64,000 bases of DNA, taken from assembly GCA_022788225.1 (NCBI GenBank), contig JALEVO010000159.1, forward strand, positions 54,428-118,427. Direction: 5' to 3'. Position numbers and translations under genes: made by a program. Below the pieces are notes generated by a model, which did not search any database, was not told where the DNA came from, and saw nothing but the letters and a program-made list of their open reading frames with translations. How positions within the stretch are numbered: position 1 is the stretch's first letter; each line of letters starts with the position of its first letter. Origin of the DNA: Oscillospiraceae bacterium (GTDB lineage: Bacteria; Bacillota; Clostridia; Oscillospirales; Ruminococcaceae). Of this stretch, positions 30,732 to 39,166 are shown piece after piece.

Positions 30732-30879
30732 ATATAACACCTCTGTAAATTATTTTTTTAAGCGGTATGAACACTCTCGCCGCCGCTTTTACAGCAATAC
30801 CGGCAACTGCAATTGCAATGCCTGCATCATTTGTTTAAGGAACATTGAATATGCTGCCGGTTTGCCGTTTGTGGTGATT
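30721..30879 (-). pseudogene. Relic sortase sorting-signal sequence in frame with the upstream dockerin gene
   Basis: After TAA 30880: NHHKRQTGSIFNVP*TNDAGIAIAVAGIAVKAAARVFIPLKK... Confidence 0.6.
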
Positions 30880-32124
30880 TTATTTTCCCATAATGATATT
30901 GCATACTGCAATAGCATCGTAAAGGTTAACAACGCTGTCGCCGTTCATATCGCCAACTGTAAGCTGTTCTTCATCAAGTGTGATCATCTTCATCATGTAC
31001 TTTGCAATTTCAATTGCGTCATAGAGGTTAACAACACCGTCTCTTGTTACATCGCCTTTATCGTAATTGGAAACGTTTGATGTACCTTCTGCGCCTGTAC
31101 CTGAAACTGTGAATACAACCTTAAGACTTTCTGTAATAGCTGTGTCAGCTGCGAGGTCAGCAACGCCTGTACCAGCCCAGCCATCAATAAGGTAAATTCT
31201 TGTGCATGCAGCACCGCCTTCTGTGTATGCGAGGTTGATTGCTTCTGCGCTTGTTGTGTAGCCTTCAACTTCCTTACCGTCAACATAAACGCCGTCTACC
31301 TTAACAGCAAGGTCAGCGTACTTGTCGCTTGAAAGTCCGGGAATCTGAACTGCGAGGAATTCGATTTTCTCTGTTCCGCCGTCTGTTACTTTCCATTCAA
31401 CTTCATACTGTGCGTCACCGTTTACATTAGCTACCTTTGAGCCTTCTGTAACTTCATCTGCGCCCCATACGCTTGTTGCACCGATAGAGCCAATGATTGC
31501 AGCTGTTCCGATTGTTCCCTCCGGAACGTCAGGATCTGTTATAGAGCCTTCAGCCATTGTTGTAACGCTGTCAATGGAGAATGTGATGCCTGAATCAGCC
31601 GGCTTACCTGTTTCTGTGTACTGATATACGTTGATATTTGTTGAAAGAATCAGGCAGAGGATTGTGTCAGCAGGGTCATTGAGCAGGAATTCTGCTGTGT
31701 ATGTGCCATCGCCTTCAATTGCAACTGATTTGTTTTCAACTGTGTTGTCATCAGCTGTCGGACCCCAGTATGAGTCAGTTCCGATTGAACCTGAAAGGAA
31801 TGCCTCATATGGTGTTTCTGTACCGTCTTCTGCGATATTTGCAGAATTGTCGCCAAGACCGTCAACTGTAAATGTAACAGAAATCTTTTCCTGGAAAGCA
31901 CCAGTATTTGCAAGGTCAGTAGTTTCCTGTCCCCATGTATTATAAAGGTTCATACGCAGTGATACGCCATCATTTTCAAGGTTAAAAGCGTTTTCAGAAG
32001 GACCTGTGTATTCGATTTCCTTTTCTACCATGTCAACCGCAGATACACTAACTGCTGAGAACATTGCTGTTGCTGCAAGAGCTGCGGCTGAAACAGCAGC
32101 GATTATTCTCTTAAAATTCTTCAT
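30880..32124 (-). CDS. Secreted dockerin protein with two related non-catalytic modules; paralogue of 29847-30731
   Basis: YTGPSENAF...PADTILCLIL.TNIN shared with neighbour; dockerin GDVTRDGVVNLYDAI...GDMNGDSVVNLYDAI; ATG 32124 after GAGGTG. Confidence 0.82.
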   Translation of the reverse strand: MKNFKRIIAAVSAAALAATAMFSAVSVSAVDMVEKEIEYTGPSENAFNLENDGVSLRMNLYNTWGQETTDLANTGAFQEKISVTFTVDGLGDNSANIAEDGTETPYEAFLSGSIGTDSYWGPTADDNTVENKSVAIEGDGTYTAEFLLNDPADTILCLILSTNINVYQYTETGKPADSGITFSIDSVTTMAEGSITDPDVPEGTIGTAAIIGSIGATSVWGADEVTEGSKVANVNGDAQYEVEWKVTDGGTEKIEFLAVQIPGLSSDKYADLAVKVDGVYVDGKEVEGYTTSAEAINLAYTEGGAACTRIYLIDGWAGTGVADLAADTAITESLKVVFTVSGTGAEGTSNVSNYDKGDVTRDGVVNLYDAIEIAKYMMKMITLDEEQLTVGDMNGDSVVNLYDAIAVCNIIMGK

Positions 32125-32390
32125 TTTTAAGCACCTCATCATTTTTATTTTTAAAGTTTGCTGTCATTTCTTAAAAGCAAATTTTCACGTCTTAATTATA
32201 ACATTATGAGAGCCGAAATGTCTATGTTAATGCTAACCAAAGATTAGATAATTTATTTGTTGGTTATGCTCAATTTGCACAATTTCATACAAATCAGGGA
32301 TTTTATCACATTACCGGAGTAATAAGAGAACATTTTCAAAGCCTCATTACATTATTTATCGGTTCTTTTTCGATTTTTTTAACGATAAAA

Positions 32391-35300
32391 TTATCCGGCG
32401 TTTTTCATAGTTTTCAGCACTTCCTCCATAAGCTTTTCCGGCGGCTGTCCAGCGGCAAGCTTTACGCTGATATACGGTTTTGCAAGGCTGTTGAAAAGTA
32501 TTCTTCCCTTGAAACCGCTGGAAAGTGCGCTTATCTGCTCCGGCTTCGGACTGGTTACATAGAAAAACAGGTTTTCTTTCCTCTGCTGTATCTCTGTTAT
32601 GCCTAAAGATGCGGCAGTGTTTCTAAGCAGTGCGGCGTCAAGAAGTCCTGTGACTGCTTTTGGCGGGTCACCATAACGGTCTATCAGCTCGTCAAGCATT
32701 TCCATTTTGTCCTCCGGCGTTTCGATAGCCGCAATTTTCTTGTACACGTCTATTCTCTGGGCAGTACTTTCAATATAATTCTCCGGAATATGTGCGTCAA
32801 TGCGGATATCCACGGAACAGTCGGCGGCTTTCTGAACAGGCTCACCCTTTTCCTCTGCAATAGCCTCTGTCAGCAGACGCAGGTACATATCGTATCCTAC
32901 CGCCTCCATGTGACCGTGCTGACGACCGCCGAGAATACTTCCCGCTCCTCTTATTTCAAGGTCACGCAGGGCAATTCTGAAACCGCTGCCGAACTGGGTA
33001 AACTCCCTCATGGCGTTAAGCCTTTTTGAAGCGACTTCCGTCAGCACCTTTTCACGCCTGAACGTGAAGTACGCATAGGCTCTCCTGTTGGAGCGTCCCA
33101 CACGTCCCCTCAACTGGTAAAGCTGTGAAAGACCGAATCTGTCGGCGTCCTCTATAATAAGTGTATTGACATTGGGCACGTCAACGCCGGTTTCTATAAT
33201 AGTAGTACACACGAGAATATCAATTTCATGCTCCACAAGGCTGTTCCATATATCCGACATTTTTTCCTCTGTCATCTGACCATGGGCGTAGGCTATTCTT
33301 GCGTCGGGCAGCAGCTCCTGAAGTCTTGCGGCACAGCCGGAAATACTGTCCACTCTGTTGTGGATATAGTAAACCTGACCGCCTCTTTTAAGCTCCCTTG
33401 TAATAGCCTGCAAAATCATGGCCATGTTGTACTCCACAACATAGGTCTGGACAGGGTGTCTGTCCTGTGGCGGCTCTTCAATGACCGACATATCACGGAT
33501 TCCGCTCATTGCCATGTTAAGGGTTCTCGGAATTGGTGTGGCAGAAAGTGTCAGCACGTCAACTCCGGAAAAATACTCCTTGAACTTCTCCTTGTGCGCC
33601 ACTCCGAAACGCTGTTCCTCATCTATAATAGCAAGCCCCAGATTTTTAAACTCGATATCCTTCTGCACAAGCCTGTGAGTACCTATTATAATGTCAATAA
33701 GACCTTTTTTCAGCCGCTTTATGATATCCTGCTGCTGTTTAGGTGTGCGGAATCGTGAGATAAGCTCGATATTTACCGGAAACTGCTCAAATCTGCGCAG
33801 AGCAGTCTGATAATGCTGCATGGCAAGGACTGTGGTGGGGACAAGTATTGCACACTGCTTTCCGCTCATAACGCATTTCATTGCCGCCCTCAGTGCAACC
33901 TCTGTCTTGCCGAAACCAACGTCGCCGCAAAGCAGTCTGTCCATAGGACGGCTTTTTTCCATATCTTCCTTGATTTCGCTTATGGACTGCAACTGGTCAT
34001 CAGTTTCCGCATAGGGGAAACGTGCCTCGAAATCCCTCTGCATCTCGTCGTCCGGCAGAAAGGCAATACCCTTGCTCTGCTCCCTTTTTGCATAAAGCTT
34101 TATCAGCTCCTCCGCCATGTCCTTTACGGCTCTCTTTACGTTGTTTCGGGTTTTCTGCCACTCCGCAGAGGACAATTTGTTAAGTTTTACGCCCTTATCA
34201 TCTCTCGGACCGATATACTTTGAAACCATGTCAAGCTGTGTGACCGGAACATATAAAACGTCCTTTCCGGCATACTGAATGGTGATATAATCCTTTGTGA
34301 CGCCCTCCAGCTCCAGCTTTCTGATACCGGCAAAACGCCCGATACCGTGGAGAGAATGTACCACTAAATCTCCGGCAGTAATGTCCGAAAGACTGCGTAT
34401 TTCCTCGCCTTTTTTGTGCTTTTTCTTCTTTTTCTTTGAGGACGCCGCCTTTGCCTGAGTTATGACCGCTGTTTTGTTTTCAAGGTACTCAAATCCCCCC
34501 GAAAGACTTCCTGTCATAAGAAGCACCCTGCCCGGCTGACAGATACTGTCCGGCTTTGCGATATCACAGCCTATTCCGGCGTCTTCAAGATCCTGCTTTA
34601 TAATAGGAAGAGTTTTCTCACTTCCGGCAATGAGCATTGTCCGGAATCCTCTTTCGCAGTAGCTGTGCAAATCCTCGTTAAGCTGGCGCATTTCTCCGCC
34701 CCACGGGGCATTCTGAACACCCTCGAAGTTTACGATTTTCTTATAGCATACTCTGTCCAGTCCGGAAACGAAATTGCTCATAAACAGGCACTTGTTCTGC
34801 TGTGCCATTTCCACTACCTTCGGGAACTCGAAATAGTGTCCCTCTAACCCCCGGCAGAGTACCCCTTCTTCAAGGAGAATTTTGCAGTCCTCGTTATACT
34901 GGGCGGTAACGCCCTTTGCTGTTTCCACTGCGTTGGTGTACTCCGCAAATACCACAATACCCTTTGCATATTCAAAAAGGGACGGTATTTCCTCGTAAAT
35001 AAGCGGAATGTACTTGTCAATACAGTCAAGCTCGTTTCCCTCTCTCAGTTTTTCCACATCACAGGAGAGGTTTTCCCTTATAATATCCGCCTTTTTACTG
35101 CGGATTGATTTTGCAAGCTTTTCAATTTTGTCCGCAAGAGCGTTTCGGTCGGTGATTGTTTCAACAGCTGGTGCAATTTTAAATTCGTCAATGCTGTCAG
35201 TACGGCGCTGTGTTTCAGGGTCGAAATAAGACATACTGTCAATATCGTCCCCCCAGAGTTCAATTCTCACCGGCTGTTCCGACTGTACCGGAAAAATATC

Positions 35301-35840
35301 CGCAATGGCTCCCCTTACGGAAAACTGCGACGGTCCCTCAACCTTGTCACTGCGCACATAACCCATATTCACAAGCTTTGATTTCAGCGTTTCAAGGTCA
35401 AGCTGTGAGCCGCTTTTTATTGTCAAGGTATACTCCGAAAGCACCTCCGGCGGAATTACCGGCTGCATTGCCGCTTCCACCGACGCAGCAAGAATACGGC
35501 ATTCTCCGTCAAGCACAGCAGAAAGGGATTCAATGCGCTGATGTTCGTAGTCTCTGGACATTCCCTCGGCTGAGGTCAGAAATATCTCTCTTGCCGGAAA
35601 AAGCATTGCAAGGCGATTGGTCTGCGCCATCATGTTTATATCGTCGCAAAGCTTTTTAGCCTCTGCCTCGGTATCGGTTATAACCAGCAGAAAGCCTTTT
35701 TCGCTGAGTGTGTAAAGCAGCTGCGACTTGTGAATATGTGACAGTCCGGCGGCGCATATCGGTGATATACCGGAATTTATGCAGTTTTCAACAGTTTTCC
35801 AGCCGTCGAGTTCTTTGAAAGTTTGTTTAAAAAATTCCAT
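32391..35840 (-). CDS. mfd: Transcription-repair coupling factor
   Basis: GDLVVHSLHGIGRF, GDVGFGKTEVA, IIDEEQRFG, LSATPIPRTL, QLRGRVGRS, DLEIRGAGSILG. Confidence 0.97.
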   Translation of the reverse strand: MEFFKQTFKELDGWKTVENCINSGISPICAAGLSHIHKSQLLYTLSEKGFLLVITDTEAEAKKLCDDINMMAQTNRLAMLFPAREIFLTSAEGMSRDYEHQRIESLSAVLDGECRILAASVEAAMQPVIPPEVLSEYTLTIKSGSQLDLETLKSKLVNMGYVRSDKVEGPSQFSVRGAIADIFPVQSEQPVRIELWGDDIDSMSYFDPETQRRTDSIDEFKIAPAVETITDRNALADKIEKLAKSIRSKKADIIRENLSCDVEKLREGNELDCIDKYIPLIYEEIPSLFEYAKGIVVFAEYTNAVETAKGVTAQYNEDCKILLEEGVLCRGLEGHYFEFPKVVEMAQQNKCLFMSNFVSGLDRVCYKKIVNFEGVQNAPWGGEMRQLNEDLHSYCERGFRTMLIAGSEKTLPIIKQDLEDAGIGCDIAKPDSICQPGRVLLMTGSLSGGFEYLENKTAVITQAKAASSKKKKKKHKKGEEIRSLSDITAGDLVVHSLHGIGRFAGIRKLELEGVTKDYITIQYAGKDVLYVPVTQLDMVSKYIGPRDDKGVKLNKLSSAEWQKTRNNVKRAVKDMAEELIKLYAKREQSKGIAFLPDDEMQRDFEARFPYAETDDQLQSISEIKEDMEKSRPMDRLLCGDVGFGKTEVALRAAMKCVMSGKQCAILVPTTVLAMQHYQTALRRFEQFPVNIELISRFRTPKQQQDIIKRLKKGLIDIIIGTHRLVQKDIEFKNLGLAIIDEEQRFGVAHKEKFKEYFSGVDVLTLSATPIPRTLNMAMSGIRDMSVIEEPPQDRHPVQTYVVEYNMAMILQAITRELKRGGQVYYIHNRVDSISGCAARLQELLPDARIAYAHGQMTEEKMSDIWNSLVEHEIDILVCTTIIETGVDVPNVNTLIIEDADRFGLSQLYQLRGRVGRSNRRAYAYFTFRREKVLTEVASKRLNAMREFTQFGSGFRIALRDLEIRGAGSILGGRQHGHMEAVGYDMYLRLLTEAIAEEKGEPVQKAADCSVDIRIDAHIPENYIESTAQRIDVYKKIAAIETPEDKMEMLDELIDRYGDPPKAVTGLLDAALLRNTAASLGITEIQQRKENLFFYVTSPKPEQISALSSGFKGRILFNSLAKPYISVKLAAGQPPEKLMEEVLKTMKNAG

Positions 35841-35920
35841 TCTGACCTCCTTTTATAAAGCACAAAACAGCATACCCCCATAAAAGGGGGAATGCCGTGA
35901 AAAAGTATTTTAATATGTAT

Positions 35921-36401
35921 TTTCTTTAATGCAAAGAAACAAAGCGTAAGGGTTAACTTTCTTTGTCTGCACAAAGAAAGTTACAAAGAAATGCACCCAC
36001 TCATACGCCGTGGGCGGCTTGTGCAGCTAAAGCTGCAAAGAAAGGTTATCTTGTATATAAAGTCAGCTGGGTCGGTACATACTTGTTCACGTTCGCTTGC
36101 AATCCTTACTCGCTAAAGTTTTTAAAGCGGAAAGAAAACATTAACTGCAAGGCAATTTTAAAGGCAGTTTAAGTTTTCTTTGGCTTTATTAAATTAGAAC
36201 GACTTTAGCCGCAATTATGATGTAGTCAGTTTAAACAACGCAGTTTAGTTCATTAACAATATTACAGTGATTTGCGGCTTTATGCCGCACAAGCCGCCCA
36301 CGGCGATTGAGTGTGTGCCCTTTCTTTGGTTCGTTTCTTTGGGCAGGCAAAGAAATGAACAATACCCCGCATTTGTTTCTTTGAGCGGTCAAAGAAAGTA
36401 C
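35921..36401 (-). mobile_element. ~480 bp TIR element, copy 2 (subtype with symmetric CACCCACTC ends)
   Basis: Reverse-complement match to copy 1 core; lies between pth and mfd. Confidence 0.75.
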
Positions 36402-36411
36402 ACCCCACAGC

Positions 36412-37038
36412 TTATGAATTAAACTTATTCATCGCCTCGTCAGTCTTTCCGCTGACCATCAGTTCCAGTGCCTCGCAGGCATTTTCAGCCGCTTTATCCA
36501 TCTTTTCCTTGTCCTCGTCACTGAAATGCCCCAGAACCCAGTCTGCAAGGTCATACTTAGGGTGCGGTTTCTTGCCTACCCCCATTTTTATCCTGGGGAA
36601 AGTGTCCTCCCCGGTAAGATAAATAATGCTCTTGATACCGTTGTGTCCGCCGTCACTGCCCTTGCGCCTAATGCGCAGTCTGCCCGGTTCAAGGGATATA
36701 TCGTCATATACTATTATAACGTGGTCAATATCCAGCTTGTAAAAGTTCATTGCCTCGGCTATAGCCTGACCGCTGTTATTCATATATGTCGTGGGTTTCA
36801 GCACCACGCAGTGCTTTCCCCCGATTGAAACGTCCCCGCAAAGGGACTTGAACTTCATCCTCTTTATATCAAAACCCAGCTTTTCCCCAAGCTTATCCAT
36901 AACCATGTATCCCGCATTATGCCTTGTACCCTCATACTGCAAACCGGGATTTCCCAGTCCGGCTATGATATACTCCACCGGACCGGACGGCAGATTCTCT
37001 TCCCTTGATATCTGCCTGAATTTGTCAAATATACTCAT
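36412..37038 (-). CDS. pth: Peptidyl-tRNA hydrolase
   Basis: GLGNPG..Y..TRHNAG, KPTTYMNNSG, YDDISL, GGHNGIKS. Confidence 0.96.
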   Translation of the reverse strand: MSIFDKFRQISREENLPSGPVEYIIAGLGNPGLQYEGTRHNAGYMVMDKLGEKLGFDIKRMKFKSLCGDVSIGGKHCVVLKPTTYMNNSGQAIAEAMNFYKLDIDHVIIVYDDISLEPGRLRIRRKGSDGGHNGIKSIIYLTGEDTFPRIKMGVGKKPHPKYDLADWVLGHFSDEDKEKMDKAAENACEALELMVSGKTDEAMNKFNS

Positions 37039-37043
37039 TTATA

Positions 37044-38423
37044 TCACGCTTTTTCCAGTCTTTTTTTCAGTTTTCTAAGGCTGTAGCCCTCTTTTATCTG
37101 GACTGTTCCCCTGTCAATTGCAAGAGCATAGTCGGGAACATCTTTGGTAACGGTAGTGCCTGCGGCGGTGTAAACGCCCTTTCCAAGCTTGACAGGTGCT
37201 ACAAGGTTTGTGTTGCAGCCGATAAAGCAGTTATCACCGATTTCACAGCGGCTCTTGACAATGCCGTCGTAGTTTACGGTAACTGTTCCGCAGCCGAAGT
37301 TTACCTTTTTGCCGACGTCGGAGTCACCAACATAGGTAAGGTGAGCAACCGCAGTACCCTCGCCGATTGTGGAATTTTTGATTTCAACAAAGTCGCCGAT
37401 TTTAACACCGCTCCTGATATGGCTGCCAGGTCTGATGTGTACCCACGGACCGATTTTAACCCCTGCGTCAATTGTTGACTTGAACGCCTGAACGTAATTT
37501 AAGCTTACGCCGTCCTTGATGTCACAGTCGTCTATAATGCAGTTAGGACCGATAAGGCAGTTTTTGCCTATAACTGTCTTTCCTCTCAGATGTGTACCTG
37601 CCATTATCTCAGTACCTGCGCCAATCTCAACATCACGTCCGATAACAACTCCGTCAATGCAGTTGAACTCAACGCCGTTTTCAAGGTGCTTTTCGATAAC
37701 AGCCATTCTTGCCACTGTGTTAAGCTCCAGCAGACCCTTTCTGTCGTTTGCGCCCAGAACAACGTCCGGATTTTCGGAAATGTATGCGTTTACTCGTCTG
37801 CCCTTGTTAAGTGCAATGAAAACGCTGTCTGTCAGGTAGTATTCGCCCTGTGAGTTGTTTGTGGTAAGCTCTCCTAAGTACTCCATAAGGTCGGCTGTAT
37901 TGAACCAGTAAGCGCCGGAATTGATTTCCTTTATCTCTTTCTGCGTAATTGTTGCATCCTTTTCCTCAACGATTGAAGTGATACCGTTTTCACCTCTTAT
38001 GATTCTGCCGTAGCCCTTTGGATTCTCGGAAACGGCTGTGATTACTGTGATTGAGTTACCCTCGTTTTCATGCATTTCAAGGGATTTCTTGATTGTTTCA
38101 GAATCAATAAACGGTGCATCGCCGCAGAGTACCAGCGTATTTCCGCCGCCGTTTTCTTTCATAAAAGGTACTGCCTGCATAACCGCATGACCAGTACCCA
38201 GTCTTTCGCTCTGGAGGACTGTTTCATAGCGTCCGTTTAAGTACTCGTCTATCATCTCGGCCATAAAGCCCTTTACTATGCAGAGCTTTTCAATGCCTGC
38301 TCCATCGCACGCCTTGATTACCCATTCCAGCATAGGCTCGCCAAGTACCTTGAACATTGGCTTTGGTATATCAGCTTTCATTCTCTTTCCCTGACCGCCA
38401 GCCAGTATTACAGCATTATTCAT
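37044..38423 (-). CDS. glmU: Bifunctional UDP-GlcNAc pyrophosphorylase / glucosamine-1-P N-acetyltransferase
   Basis: LAGGQGKRMK, QSERLGTGHAV, EINSG, QGEYYLTD, hexapeptide repeats, HLTYVGDS. Confidence 0.96.
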   Translation of the reverse strand: MNNAVILAGGQGKRMKADIPKPMFKVLGEPMLEWVIKACDGAGIEKLCIVKGFMAEMIDEYLNGRYETVLQSERLGTGHAVMQAVPFMKENGGGNTLVLCGDAPFIDSETIKKSLEMHENEGNSITVITAVSENPKGYGRIIRGENGITSIVEEKDATITQKEIKEINSGAYWFNTADLMEYLGELTTNNSQGEYYLTDSVFIALNKGRRVNAYISENPDVVLGANDRKGLLELNTVARMAVIEKHLENGVEFNCIDGVVIGRDVEIGAGTEIMAGTHLRGKTVIGKNCLIGPNCIIDDCDIKDGVSLNYVQAFKSTIDAGVKIGPWVHIRPGSHIRSGVKIGDFVEIKNSTIGEGTAVAHLTYVGDSDVGKKVNFGCGTVTVNYDGIVKSRCEIGDNCFIGCNTNLVAPVKLGKGVYTAAGTTVTKDVPDYALAIDRGTVQIKEGYSLRKLKKRLEKA

Positions 38424-38471
38424 TCTTAAAATTCCTCTTTTCCTTTATACTAAAGATTTTTTAATCTGTTT

Positions 38472-38927
38472 TTGTGTTATGTTCATTTGTGTTATGTTCA
38501 TTTCTTTGCTTGCACAAAGAAACGAACCAAAGAAATGCACCGGCTGCCGCCGGACTGCTATGCCGCACAGGGCGGCAAAGACAGGTTATCTTGTAAGCAT
38601 AAGACAGCTGGGTCGGTACATACTTGTTCACTCTTGCTTGCAGACCTTACTCGCTAACTCTTTTAAAGCGGAAAGAAAACATTAACTGCATAGTTATTTT
38701 AAGGGCAGTTAAATTTTTCTATGGCTTTACTTTCTTAGAACGACTTTAGCCGCAATTATGGTGTAGACAGTTTAAACAAAGCAGTTTAGTTCAATAACAA
38801 TATTGCAGTGATTTGCGGCGCAAGCCGCACAAGCCGCCCACGGCGTTTGAGTGGGTGCCCTTTCTTTGGTTCGTTTCTTTGGGCAAGCAAAGAAATGAAC
38901 ATATTCCATGCTTTCAAACAAAGAAAC
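38472..38927 (-). mobile_element. ~450 bp TIR element, copy 3
   Basis: GTTCATTTCTTTGCTTGCACAAAGAAACGAACCAAAGAAATGCACC (38496) inverted to ...TTTCTTTGGTTCGTTTCTTTGGGCAAGCAAAGAAATGAAC (38900). Confidence 0.78.
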
Positions 38928-39166
38928 AAACTTATCCACTATAATATATTATGACAATAAAATGAATATTTTTCAAGTGATTTTTCAAAAAAATTCAGAA
39001 ACTTAAAATTTTTGTGAATATTGCTACAAAATTAACAGCAAGATTTTTTTCAAAAACATATGGAATTTTGCTTTAATATATGTTATAATAATAATTAACC
39101 GGACCGAAAGGGCGAATTCTGTCTTTTTTCCGGTCTTTGTAAAAAAAATCTGGAGGTATAAAACCA

